This document shows, one piece after another, positions 16,749 through 27,100 of a stretch of 64,000 bases of DNA (position 1 is its first letter; every line of letters begins with the position of its first letter). Below the pieces are notes generated by a model. That model was given only the letters and a program-made list of their open reading frames with translations, was not told where the DNA came from and did no database searches. The position numbers and the translations under genes were made by a program. Source of the stretch: Minisyncoccota bacterium. GTDB lineage: Bacteria; Patescibacteriota; Minisyncoccia; Phycocordibacterales; UBA9973. The stretch covers positions 24,094-88,093 of the forward strand of contig JBAYUP010000001.1 of NCBI GenBank assembly GCA_041675045.1. The letters are read 5' to 3'.

Positions 16749-18434
16749 ATGACAAAAGAAAATTGTAGAACATGTACCAAAGAGTTTGAAATACGAGACG
16801 AGGACCTTGTGTTTTATGAACAAGTAAAAAGCCCATCGCCATTATATTGCCCGGATTGTCGCATGATGCGACGATTGGCATTTCGTAACGAACGCACACT
16901 TTATAAAAGAGCGTGTGATATTTGTAAAACAAATGGCGTCTCATTGTATCCAGATGGAACCCCGTTTCCAGTATATTGTCATAAGTGCTGGTGGAGTGAT
17001 AAATGGGATCCAAAAGATTTTGCAATGGACTACGATCCATCTCGTCCGTTTTTTGATCAATTCAAGGAACTTCAAAACAAGGTTCCTCGTATTGCACTTT
17101 TGGTAATTGATTCTCTCCGGTGTGATTACACAAACAATGCGGGAGAAAATAAAGATTGCTATCTAATCTTCGCTGCCGAAAATAATGAGGACTCTGCATA
17201 TTCCCGACTTATTATGAAATGTAAGAGTGTGTTTGATTGTGCCTTTGTGTACGATTCTGAACTTTGTTATGAATGTATTGATTGTAGAAATTGTTTCAAG
17301 TGTATGTATAGCGAACAATGCCAGTCATCGAGTGATCTTTATTTCTGTTATAACATGCGTGACTCGCAAAATTGTATTCTCTGTACCAATGGTCGCCATA
17401 TTTCAAATTCCATTTTGAATACTAAATATTCAAAGGAAGAATTTGAAAAGAAAAAAGCAGAAATATTTTCAAGCTACGAGAATATTGAGCAGGCAAAGAA
17501 ACAATTTGAAGAATTAAAATCACAATCAATCGTCAAATATGCATTCCAAACGAAGTGTCATAACGTAACAGGTGATTATATGTATAACTGCTATGATGGT
17601 ATACGACTTTTTGATGTATCTAATTCAAAAAATTGCTCTTATCTAGCTGATTCAGAAGATCCAATTGATTCGATGGATTGTAATAACTTCTACTTTAAGC
17701 CCGAATTCCAATACGACATGATGGGTGTACTTGGGGGATCAAAAAATAAACACGGATTTTATGTTATGTATTCAAATGAATGTGAATACTGTGACAGTTG
17801 TTATCACTCCACGAGTTTATTTGGATGTATTAGATTAAACAAAGCTAGTTATTCAATTCTCAATAAACAGTATACAAAAGACGAATACGAAAAATTGAAA
17901 ACTGAAATTATTGAATCAATGAAACAAGACGGAACCTATGGTCAATTTTTCCCCCCGGAAATGTCTCCATTCGGATTTAATGAGACATTGGGTAAAGAAT
18001 ATTTCCCAATTACTCGTGATGAGGCAATTAAAAAAGGATTTCGCTGGCAAGAACAAACAAGTGGAACCTTCGGCAAAGAAACAATAGCAGAAAAAAATGT
18101 GCCAAATACTTCAGGGAAAATATCTGACACGATTCTTTCGGAAATTTTCGCCTGCAATGAGTGTGGTAAAAATTTCCGACTTACTCAGATGGAAATTGAA
18201 TTTTATACACGCATGGGTCTCCCAATACCGCATAAAGATTTTGAATGCCGACATCAAAATCGGATGGGTAAGAGAAATCCACGAAAACTTTGGAGTCGTT
18301 CGTGCATGTGCAAACATGAAAACCACATCAATCATGAAAATAAATCATGCAAGGGAAATTTTGAGACAAGTTATAGTCCAGAAAGAAAAGAAGTTGTGTA
18401 TTGTGAACAATGTTATCAACAGGAAATTTCTTAA
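16749..18434 (+). CDS. Cysteine-rich protein (561 aa, about 50 Cys in repeated CxxC and CxC arrangements), family unknown
   Basis: CRTC, CPDC, CDIC, CHKC, then the dense block CYECIDCRNCFKCMYSEQC...CILCTNG, then ECEYCDSCYH, CNECGKN, CMCKHENH...CEQC. No radical-SAM CxxxCxxC motif was seen. Confidence 0.6.
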   Translation: MTKENCRTCTKEFEIRDEDLVFYEQVKSPSPLYCPDCRMMRRLAFRNERTLYKRACDICKTNGVSLYPDGTPFPVYCHKCWWSDKWDPKDFAMDYDPSRPFFDQFKELQNKVPRIALLVIDSLRCDYTNNAGENKDCYLIFAAENNEDSAYSRLIMKCKSVFDCAFVYDSELCYECIDCRNCFKCMYSEQCQSSSDLYFCYNMRDSQNCILCTNGRHISNSILNTKYSKEEFEKKKAEIFSSYENIEQAKKQFEELKSQSIVKYAFQTKCHNVTGDYMYNCYDGIRLFDVSNSKNCSYLADSEDPIDSMDCNNFYFKPEFQYDMMGVLGGSKNKHGFYVMYSNECEYCDSCYHSTSLFGCIRLNKASYSILNKQYTKDEYEKLKTEIIESMKQDGTYGQFFPPEMSPFGFNETLGKEYFPITRDEAIKKGFRWQEQTSGTFGKETIAEKNVPNTSGKISDTILSEIFACNECGKNFRLTQMEIEFYTRMGLPIPHKDFECRHQNRMGKRNPRKLWSRSCMCKHENHINHENKSCKGNFETSYSPERKEVVYCEQCYQQEIS

Positions 18435-18469
18435 ATAAAAAAACCCTCCATGATGGAGGGTTTTTTTTG
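18435..18469. terminator. Bidirectional terminator AAAAAAACCCTCCAT-G-ATGGAGGGTTTTTTTT
   Basis: Lies between the convergent genes 16749..18434(+) and 18476..18859(-). Confidence 0.75.
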
Positions 18470-18475
18470 TATATT

Positions 18476-18859
18476 TTATTTATTATAGAGTGCGCGGATT
18501 TTGCTACCTGCGATTCCATCAGCGACTAATCCTTGAGCTTTCTGGAATTCTTTAAGTGCATCGAGAGTTACCGCACCGAATCGTCCTGTTGCCTTACTGT
18601 TTGCGAGTGCTTTGGCAGCGGGTCCGGTATTTTTCTTTATGAGAAATTTCTGTAACGCAAGAACATCGTTCCCCGTCATTCCCATTTTTAAATTACGAAC
18701 AGTTGCTTTCTTTTTTGTTGTTTTTGGTTTTGGAGAATGGGGGGCAGTGTTCAGAGTAATTAATGGTGGATTTGTAATTAATCTCTCTGCTGAAACGCCG
18801 AACGGAATTCCTATAATTAAAGAAAAAACTATAAAGAATGTAATATTTTTTTTAGTCAT
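18476..18859 (-). CDS. Secreted peptidoglycan-binding domain protein (PG_binding_1-like)
   Basis: Signal peptide, then the pattern MGMTGNDVLALQKFL...GRFGAVTLDALKEFQKAQGLVADGIAG. Confidence 0.7.
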   Translation of the reverse strand: MTKKNITFFIVFSLIIGIPFGVSAERLITNPPLITLNTAPHSPKPKTTKKKATVRNLKMGMTGNDVLALQKFLIKKNTGPAAKALANSKATGRFGAVTLDALKEFQKAQGLVADGIAGSKIRALYNK

Positions 18860-20054
18860 TGCCTAATCCTCGAGTGTTAACTTTTAAATTACGATATGGG
18901 TGCTTTGCTCCACGGACCTCAAAGTGAACGTGAGGGCCAGTAGATTTACCAGTTGATCCAACATATCCAATGATTTCTCCTTGTTTCACTTCTTGACCAT
19001 TCTTAACAGCAACTTTTGTCATGTGACCAAAGAGCCCCTGCGCGCCATTATCAAAATTTTGTACAACATACTTTCCATATCCACCGTTGTATCCGGCATC
19101 GCGAGCAATAAGGATTACACCGTCGCGTGGAGCATAAATCGGTGTCCCGATTGGAGCAGCGAGGTCACTACCGTTTGCGCCATGGATTTTTTGAGAGATG
19201 CGACCAACGCCATTAGGTAAAATCCAAATATACCCTTCTAGATTTGCAGCGTCTGGCGTTATATTTTCTTCGTCATCTTTTGTGGTATCAACTGTCGGTG
19301 AAGTATTTGTCTGTACAGGCGCAGTTTCAACAATAGGTTCTGTCTTTTGAACTTGCACAACTACTTCCTCCTTCTTTGGTTCTTCAACTTTCGGAGCAAT
19401 AATCTCTTCTTTCTTAGGGGCAGGAGCTTCTTTTTTGGCAATTTCGCCACCTGGCACAACAATCACATCACCAATCTGCAAATCAGATGCTTTAGTAATA
19501 CTGTTGTATTCAGCGATATCGGCTTTGTCTGCACTGTACTTCTTGGCAATACTTTCAAGAGTGTCACCTTTTTTGACAGTGTGAGCAACGCCTTTAATAG
19601 GCAAAATGGCCAATGTTTGACCCACTTTCAAAAGATCTTTACCTGTTAAATCAGCATTTGAAGAAATAATAGTATTCTTTGAAACATTGAATTTCTTGGC
19701 AATACCATCCAAAGTATCGCCCTTTTTAACTGTATATGCCGTAATCGGAGCAGATGATGCGTACTTTTGGATATCAAAATTAACTCCGAGAGCACTATTA
19801 ACTGAAAGTAGTCCTTCTTCGTCTTCAATAATACCGACAATTGGCTCATCTTTGAGATTCTTTGTATCAGGATTCACCGATGAAGATGATTCAAGGAGGG
19901 CCATTGTTTGAGAATTCTTTGTTGTAAGGTTTTCTTCAGAGGCCTGAGTTTCTTGCCCAAAAAGATTGAGTAGCCCAGAGAAAAATCCAGCATGGGCTTG
20001 ATTTGGAGTAAATGATATGACGGAAAGGGCAAAAACGAACAAAGAGACCTTCAT
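18852..20054 (-). CDS. Secreted LysM-LysM-M23 family metallopeptidase (cell-wall hydrolase)
   Basis: Two LysM repeats (YTVKKGDTLDGIAKKF.., HTVKKGDTLESIAKKY..) and an M23 core (...HGANGSDLAAP..GYNGGYGKYVV..HVHFEV). Start moved to the Met in front of the signal peptide MKVSLFVFALSV; the longer frame reaches 20147. Confidence 0.85.
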   Translation of the reverse strand: MKVSLFVFALSVISFTPNQAHAGFFSGLLNLFGQETQASEENLTTKNSQTMALLESSSSVNPDTKNLKDEPIVGIIEDEEGLLSVNSALGVNFDIQKYASSAPITAYTVKKGDTLDGIAKKFNVSKNTIISSNADLTGKDLLKVGQTLAILPIKGVAHTVKKGDTLESIAKKYSADKADIAEYNSITKASDLQIGDVIVVPGGEIAKKEAPAPKKEEIIAPKVEEPKKEEVVVQVQKTEPIVETAPVQTNTSPTVDTTKDDEENITPDAANLEGYIWILPNGVGRISQKIHGANGSDLAAPIGTPIYAPRDGVILIARDAGYNGGYGKYVVQNFDNGAQGLFGHMTKVAVKNGQEVKQGEIIGYVGSTGKSTGPHVHFEVRGAKHPYRNLKVNTRGLGND

Positions 20055-20298
20055 AGGGAAGGACTTAAGAAATAACGATATTTTCATCAAAGGACTTTTT
20101 CCCAAACGAGAAGAGCCGTTCGAATCTTTAGAGTTTTTTAAATGCATAATGAGGTGGGATGAGCGGAATTGCTGTAAAATAAGGGGATTTTTGAGTTTCG
20201 GGGTAGGGAATCGTGGTTACGAGGGTCCCATCTATAAAGCGTAGCCCATGGGGGAATATTAGTCAATAGAGTAATGCACACGATATACACAGGCCCCA

Positions 20299-20333
20299 CC
20301 CCCTGGCAAAAATGGGGCATTTTTGCCAGGGGG
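20299..20333. promoter_or_regulatory. Perfect 35-bp palindrome CCCCCTGGCAAAAATG-GGG-CATTTTTGCCAGGGGG in a divergent promoter region
   Basis: 16-bp perfect arms with GC-rich ends in an AT-rich intergenic region, about 28 bp upstream of the ATG at 20361. Not at any gene end, so an operator or cruciform is more likely than a terminator. Confidence 0.4.
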
Positions 20334-20360
20334 CTATATTTATTGTATTATTTAATCATA

Positions 20361-22733
20361 ATGAAACTCGAAAGAAGAAATTGGGATACATCGGAAATAA
20401 TTAAACCCCTTGAAGAACACGCAGTGTTCATAAAAAGTCTTCTTGATATAGATGACGTCCCTCCAAAAGAGAAAAAAGGTCACATACAATTAGATGATTT
20501 CAATAAAAGAATTGTAAATGCCATTATAGAAGAGGGGATAAAGGGTAATTTGGATAAAGCTCAAAAAATCCTCGAACAAAAACTGAAGGTTGAAGAAGCA
20601 AATGGGGGTAAAAATAAACTACCCGAAAAAGTAGTATCTGAAATTATCCCAACAATCAAAGACTACTTTGAGGAAAATAATGAAAAAATCAAACAAGACC
20701 TTTCAGCCCCTGAAAAGAAACAACCCTTAGCTGAGAAGCTCAAAAATATCGACTCAACAACAAAGGCTCCTGACATACAAAATAGTGTTCAGGTATCCCC
20801 TAGAGAAGTAAAAGAAGTCCGGAAATCAGGCAATTTAAAGGAGACAGGGCGAATTGATTTCTTAGATCAAATTGTCCCTCAAGAAATAGGGGAAAATCTG
20901 CCCAAATCCGAGATACCAACAGGAAAAACCTCCGAAGGGGTAATTAGTGTTGTTACAGATAAAAACGGTGGAATTAAATTACATACAAATGAAGCTGTAA
21001 AAAGTATTAAAAATAAAGAAATTAAGGGTGGCTCAGTCATTATTCTTCCAGAGAAAAATGAGAATATTATTATTGACCATATCACTAAAGAAGGAGGTAA
21101 GAATTTTATTTATTTTCATACCACAACCCCCAAAGGAGACTATAAACTAAGTGATGTAATGGAAAGCGATGCATTTGCTGAAAAGATTAGAAAAGATGAG
21201 GGATATATCAAAAGATCTCTTTTAAAAATAAATCCTGAAGACAATTCAAATATCTCAGAAAACCCACCTGAAAAAGAAGTTAGTGATATAATAAAACCAT
21301 CTATGGAAAAAAATATTCCTAACAACTCTCCAGAATCGAATAAATTTTCAGCACTAGAAAAAGAAGCTGAAAAAATAAAATTACAGTATACAAATGAACT
21401 CAAGCGTGAATTTAAAAATAACCACAACGATCCTGTCGTTAAGGCCTTTGATGAGAATCCTGATTTATGGATACGTGCAGAAATTGCAAACAGAATCTTT
21501 CGCCTTGAAAAATCAATTAAAAAAGCAAAGACAGGCACAGAACGACAGGTACTACAAAACAGAATTATTTCATTAGAAGAAAAAATTCCTCCTATTGAAT
21601 ATGTATTAAAAAAAGATGCCTTAAAAGAAATAAAAGGTGGTGACGTACTTTTGATTACTGAAAATGGTAATACTGTTGAATATAAAATTATCTCGATAGA
21701 CACTGAAAAAGTGCGTTTCCAGAAAGAAGGTCAAACATTGATAAGCTTTCTCTCGCCCAAGGCAATGGAGAATTTTCTCCTTGACCCAGCAGTTTCATTT
21801 ATAAATGAAAGAACTCGGCAGTCTTCTGATGCCAAAAAAGAAAAGGAGGGGGAAGCTAACATGAGTAAAGTTTCAGAAAATGCCAGCATTGGACCAAATG
21901 AAAACACTGAATCAAAAGATGCAACACGCGATGAAGCCATAATGCAGAACAATTATGAGCAAAGATCGGCAGAATATGAACGCCGACTAGAAGAAAATGA
22001 CAGGCAACAAATAGAAATTTCTAATCAACTACGCGAAACAGGCAAACAAGAATCTTCCCCAGAAAAATCAATAATTCGAGATAATTTATGGAAACGATTG
22101 AATCAATTAGTGCAGGAAGAAGAAGAAATAACAGAAGAATGGATTGCTGAGGATAAAAAACAAAAACCTTTCGCCTATTTTGTTGCCAATCAGGTAGATA
22201 AATTTATGTTAGAACATCTGACTCACAAAGGAGCAACATCACTCGATTTACGTTTTTTGAAAGATGACTCAGAAGAAAACTTTGAGTGTATCTCGCAATT
22301 CCCAATACGTGATTCAGGAGAAAACAATGAATATTATGCTGAGTATTTTGAATATAACATAGCTGGTTTTAGAAAAACCCTTGAAGACATAGATGTGATT
22401 CGAACAAAGGATGGATTCGACATACACAGCAATAACACAAGGTACATGATTACTGGACCTGATGGAACGCATGAAATTAATATTAAAGGATACGATGAGG
22501 CAACGCGCATTTATAAAGAAGCGACAAAGAAATATTTACAAAAAATGAGACGAGAGTTTGAATCTTCTCCTGAAAACCAAGAAAATATACAAACCGATTC
22601 AACCACTGAAGACAAAAAACCTGAAGAAAATAAAGAAACGGAAGAAGAAAAAATCGCGAGAGTAGTACGTGAGATAGACGAAGAGTACACTCGAAAAAAG
22701 AAGGAAATAATTGAATCATTTCTCAAAAAATAA
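20361..22733 (+). CDS. Large hypothetical protein (790 aa), highly charged Lys/Glu-rich, coiled-coil-like, no signal peptide
   Basis: Start moved to the ATG at 20361 (MKLERRNWD) downstream of the palindrome. No recognisable domain. Confidence 0.6.
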   Translation: MKLERRNWDTSEIIKPLEEHAVFIKSLLDIDDVPPKEKKGHIQLDDFNKRIVNAIIEEGIKGNLDKAQKILEQKLKVEEANGGKNKLPEKVVSEIIPTIKDYFEENNEKIKQDLSAPEKKQPLAEKLKNIDSTTKAPDIQNSVQVSPREVKEVRKSGNLKETGRIDFLDQIVPQEIGENLPKSEIPTGKTSEGVISVVTDKNGGIKLHTNEAVKSIKNKEIKGGSVIILPEKNENIIIDHITKEGGKNFIYFHTTTPKGDYKLSDVMESDAFAEKIRKDEGYIKRSLLKINPEDNSNISENPPEKEVSDIIKPSMEKNIPNNSPESNKFSALEKEAEKIKLQYTNELKREFKNNHNDPVVKAFDENPDLWIRAEIANRIFRLEKSIKKAKTGTERQVLQNRIISLEEKIPPIEYVLKKDALKEIKGGDVLLITENGNTVEYKIISIDTEKVRFQKEGQTLISFLSPKAMENFLLDPAVSFINERTRQSSDAKKEKEGEANMSKVSENASIGPNENTESKDATRDEAIMQNNYEQRSAEYERRLEENDRQQIEISNQLRETGKQESSPEKSIIRDNLWKRLNQLVQEEEEITEEWIAEDKKQKPFAYFVANQVDKFMLEHLTHKGATSLDLRFLKDDSEENFECISQFPIRDSGENNEYYAEYFEYNIAGFRKTLEDIDVIRTKDGFDIHSNNTRYMITGPDGTHEINIKGYDEATRIYKEATKKYLQKMRREFESSPENQENIQTDSTTEDKKPEENKETEEEKIARVVREIDEEYTRKKKEIIESFLKK

Positions 22734-22773
22734 TATAAGGAAGCGTGCATCTTCACTGTAGTAAATGGTATTG

Positions 22774-22802
22774 ACAAAAGGCAATAAGTATGCTAGTCTT
22801 TA
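22774..22802 (+). promoter_or_regulatory. Candidate promoter TTGACA - 17 nt - TAGTCT (with TGc)
   Basis: Weak -10; positioned about 28 nt upstream of the ATG at 22830. Confidence 0.3.
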
Positions 22803-22829
22803 GTTAAACAAATTTTAAATACCATACAC

Positions 22830-23504
22830 ATGAAAAAAATCCTTATTTTCTTGATGGTTTCTATCGTAACCACAAGTATTTTCGGCCAGAGAGGGCAATA
22901 CCCTGTTCCCTCTGTAACTCCTGACACACTTCAACCTGCTGCTCCCAAAAGAGATTATGTAGGCGAAGCAAACAAGTACACAGATGAAGCTATAAAAACT
23001 GCCATCTGGGAAACTAAAAAATCCCTGATGGAGTCCAACAAGCGGGTGCTGCAATCTCTTAAAGACTCCATGGCTAAAGCAAACAAAGCAAACATGGCAG
23101 TGATGGAAGACATCGGAAAACTAAGAATTCAGACAGCCGATGAAGTATCTGGAATTGAATACCGGATGTCGGGTAAAATCAAAAATGTTGCCAAAGATGT
23201 ACAGAATACTCAAAAAAGTATTACAACACTTGATAAGTCCTTAAATACAACAAAAAAGGACTTTGCCAAAAAAGATTCACTTACTCGTGTTGCACTTGCA
23301 AAACAAAGCAACAAAACGGATTCAGCATTTAATGCAATCAACGCCATTACAAAAATGCAAAATGGTATTCAAGAGTCAATCACCAATCAGGGAGAACGAA
23401 TGAACTCTTGGGGACTCGGACTGACATTAGGAATGATTGCGATAGTACTGCTTGGCTTAGGTGTATGGAGAAGAGTTGGTGCGCATTTACCACAGAAAGG
23501 ATAA
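22830..23504 (+). CDS. Secreted coiled-coil protein with a C-terminal transmembrane anchor (224 aa)
   Basis: Signal peptide MKKILIFLMVSIVTTSIFG, heptad-like central region, C-terminal hydrophobic LGLTLGMIAIVLLGLGVW. Confidence 0.55.
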   Translation: MKKILIFLMVSIVTTSIFGQRGQYPVPSVTPDTLQPAAPKRDYVGEANKYTDEAIKTAIWETKKSLMESNKRVLQSLKDSMAKANKANMAVMEDIGKLRIQTADEVSGIEYRMSGKIKNVAKDVQNTQKSITTLDKSLNTTKKDFAKKDSLTRVALAKQSNKTDSAFNAINAITKMQNGIQESITNQGERMNSWGLGLTLGMIAIVLLGLGVWRRVGAHLPQKG

Positions 23505-23526
23505 GTGCTACTAAAATTTATGTTTA

Positions 23527-23566
23527 TCAGCTGGAACAAGATTTATTCTGTTCCAGCTGATTTTCG
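23527..23566 (+). terminator. Terminator TCAGCTGGAACA-loop-TGTTCCAGCTGA then TTTTCGTTT
   Basis: Perfect 12-bp stem. Confidence 0.7.
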
Positions 23567-23635
23567 TTTATAGACAATGTATAGGTATATTAGTATAATA
23601 CTAAAACAGATAATCTATATATTTTAAAAAGATTT

Positions 23636-24100
23636 ATGACTCAAGAAACACTCCAAAATACATCAATCAAAGATGCTTTCGACGCACTTGATGCGGAAAT
23701 GCAAAAAAAATTAACTGAAAAATTAAAAACAGAGGGTGTTTCAGATGGTACTATTGAAAAAGTAAAGACTGATCTATCAGAAAAATATACCCACAATAGA
23801 CAAATGGAGGAAGTGCGAAGTGCACTTCATGAAGAGTACGACAAAAAAACACACCACACAAAAGAGGAAATTGCACAATATCACTATATTCAGGACTTAA
23901 AGAGAATTGAAAAGATTAGAGAAGAATTCCCACTTCTTGAGGAAAAACAAAAAAGAACACCAATATGGCGTATTGGCGAAATTATGCGAATAAAAAAACA
24001 AAGAAAGGAAATGGTAAATTTGTATACGAAACTCACGCGAGCCGTCAGGAAATATGAGCTCAAAAAAAATGAAGCTGATTTATTCAACAAAAAACACTAA
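23636..24100 (+). CDS. Hypothetical charged protein (154 aa)
   Basis: ORF only; lies directly upstream of the 1443-aa gene. Confidence 0.5.
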   Translation: MTQETLQNTSIKDAFDALDAEMQKKLTEKLKTEGVSDGTIEKVKTDLSEKYTHNRQMEEVRSALHEEYDKKTHHTKEEIAQYHYIQDLKRIEKIREEFPLLEEKQKRTPIWRIGEIMRIKKQRKEMVNLYTKLTRAVRKYELKKNEADLFNKKH

Positions 24101-24109
24101 TTACAATAT

Positions 24110-27100
24110 ATGCCATCTCCACTAGAAGAACTGAAAAGTAATCCTGAACACCGTTCTGCAAAAGAACAGGAACTTAAGCAATCAATTGAAAGTGATTCAT
24201 ATCACGAAGATACTTTAGCAAAAGTAAGGCAATTAGATATTTCAGATGAACTAAAAAAGAAAGATGAGATAAAATTTAAAACAACCAAAGAAGAACTCGA
24301 TAAATCTTTCAAAAAGGGTACCCTTGTTGATGAGAATACACTTAAAAGAGTGTTTGAGAGAATTCATCTTGATGAAAAAGATGTTGAGAAAGTTCCTGAA
24401 TTAAACAATCTTAACGAAGAACAGGCGGTACTTGTAGCAGAGCTTGCATCACAAGATATTCTTGCAAACGTAAAGAAACTTGGCCAAGAACGATTTGAAA
24501 AAGAAAATAAAATAGATTTTTCTTTAAATCCAAAAAAGTGGAGCCCCTCAGTTATTACAAAGACATGGAATAAAGCTTGGAAATCTATTTCCATAAGTAA
24601 GTCAGAGAAAGCGGTACTAAGAGACGTCCAACATGGACAAATTAAACCCGATACTGAAGTCATAAAAAGACTTGTAAAAAAAATAACAGACAATGATTTA
24701 AAAGTTATCAAGAAAGAAGGTAAGTCTGTTATCGAATTTATAGAAGCCACAAATAGCTCTGAAAAAAATAAAAAAATATTCGATTCATATAATGCAATTG
24801 CTAATGAATTTTCTCGCATGCCTGATGCATGGAGGAATGAAAAAGCAGCAAAAAGTACAGACAGAGCCTTCAAAACAGAAAACCATAAAAAATATAATAT
24901 TCTTAAAGATAGATATGCCGAGGCAACAAAGAGTGTCGTAAACGCAAAAACAGAAGAGTACAAAAAACAAGGCCTCGATGAAAAAGAAGCTGCAAAAAAA
25001 GCATCGATTGAAATGAATCGAGCAGGGCTGAAGGTAAGCATGCTTCAATTTGAAAACACAAACCCTGATGCTATTGCTGAACTTGATAGAATTAAAAATG
25101 AAAGCAGTTGGGGGCGTCTTTTGTGGAATAAAGAAACCTCATGGAGAAGCATATATGTAATTAGTGGAATTACTGCACGTAGCGTAGCCACAACAACTCT
25201 TGGTGCAATGACAGGACCACTTGTTGCCTCAATTATTGGAGGAGCACGGGCATTAAGAAAAGCAAACCAAAAAATAAATACCGCGTTTCTAGAGGGACGC
25301 CAAATGAAGTCATTTGTAGAAATGACTTCCGAAGAAAGAATCAAACTACGTGGAGGTCTTACTTATGACGAAAATGGAGATATTAAAAAAGATGAAAAAG
25401 GATTTGTTGTTCTAGGATCAGAAGGGAAAGGACTTCTTGATAACAAGAACGAGAAGAAAGGATTTCTCTCAAAAGCACTGGATGGAAAAGATGTGAACAC
25501 TAGAGAAGTAGCTTCATTTATTGATGCAGATAGTCAAATTAACCGACTAACAAATCTAAAAAATAAACTTGAAAGCCAAGAATATCTAGAAAAGGCAAAG
25601 AGAACAAAAAGATACGAAGGAGATGATGGAGATTTAGCAATAAAAGAAGACCTCCTTTTTCAGATTCGTAATCGTATTGATTATATTGATCAAAAACACA
25701 AAGCGGGTCTTATTAACTATGGTACAAAAGACCCTGCGGGTGAAAACTATGAACTCTTAAAATTGATGGGTGAACTTGAGTTATACACTGCCCCAGATCT
25801 AACAATTGCCCCTGATGGAGAAACAGAGATTGAAAAAGTAGCACGTCTAACGTTAAACAAGAGAATAGAAAACCATAATAATTTACTAGGGAAAATTGTT
25901 AAAGAACACGAAGAACGTTTTGCGGAAAAACGAACAGACTTTGCAACAAGTGAAATGCTCCGCGGAGCAACGATTGGTGCAACCTACTCATTAATAGGAT
26001 TAAAAATACATGACTGGTTCAGCGAAGCACCAACTGTAACTCAAGAAATAGAGAATACAAATGAAGTAACTACACCTAGTGATACTCCAAACACAACAAC
26101 ACCCGCCACAACTCCTGTTACTTCAGAAAAAACGCCACCACAATGGGGTAGCAATAAAACAGAAAATCCTGCTCCAGCATTCGAGCCAATCAAAACAGTT
26201 GGAGAAATCCACAAGCCAATCGAAGTACAACTCTCAAGCAAAGGTTCTATTCAAACATTCCTCGACCTTAAAGAAAAACTTCGCCTCGAATACGGCAAAG
26301 ACCTCGCTCATGCACCAGCGAGTGTTCAACACATCATGAATACGAACGCGACAAAACTCGCCGAGGAATTCAACATGTACAACCCGACTGATGTTGATGA
26401 GAGTATGATGGCACCGGCAGGTTCAAAATTCATCATTGATGAAAAAGGAAACTTCTCATACCAAGAGTTGGGTGCAAAAGATGCAACCATCCTTGAAGAG
26501 GGAACATCTGCAAAAGGAACTGGTGAATATAAAGGCAAGATGTTTGATTACGACAAAGCAAAAACTCTCAAGGTTGAAACAGCACAGAACGTGGGTACTT
26601 CGACACCAGAAACACCTCAAACAAATACAGCTAATATCCCATCACAAACAGCAGAAACAGGGGCACCCACACAGGGACTTCACCAGAACATTGATGAGAT
26701 ATTCCCATCTGATCAAGAGGTGCGAGATGGTATTGCCAGAGACCACTTCCGTTCACTTGTTAATTCGCATTATGAAAACATCCAAGGTGAAGCATGGAAG
26801 AACCTACCTCAGGCAGATAAAAATGCTGAAGTTTGGATGGGGGAAAAATTTGGAAAAGTTAATGTTGGGCAAAAAGCAGATGGAACGCCTACTATTGGAG
26901 ACTTCATTGAACCATCTCAAAATCTCGGCATCGACTTAAAATCAGTACCAGTCGCTGAGGCAATCAAGACAAATGCAACTGTTGCTTCAGGAATCGCTGA
27001 TCTCCAAAAGATTGCCCGTGCGCAATTAGGGTACGACATGGTAATCGATAAAAATGAATCTACTTCGAGTTACATTCATAGAGTTTTCACCGCACTTGAA

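Noticed and set aside
24364-25344. Minus-strand ORFs (225 aa, 99 aa) inside the 1443-aa gene
   Set aside because: Low-complexity antisense frames produced by the Lys/Glu-rich codon bias of the sense gene.
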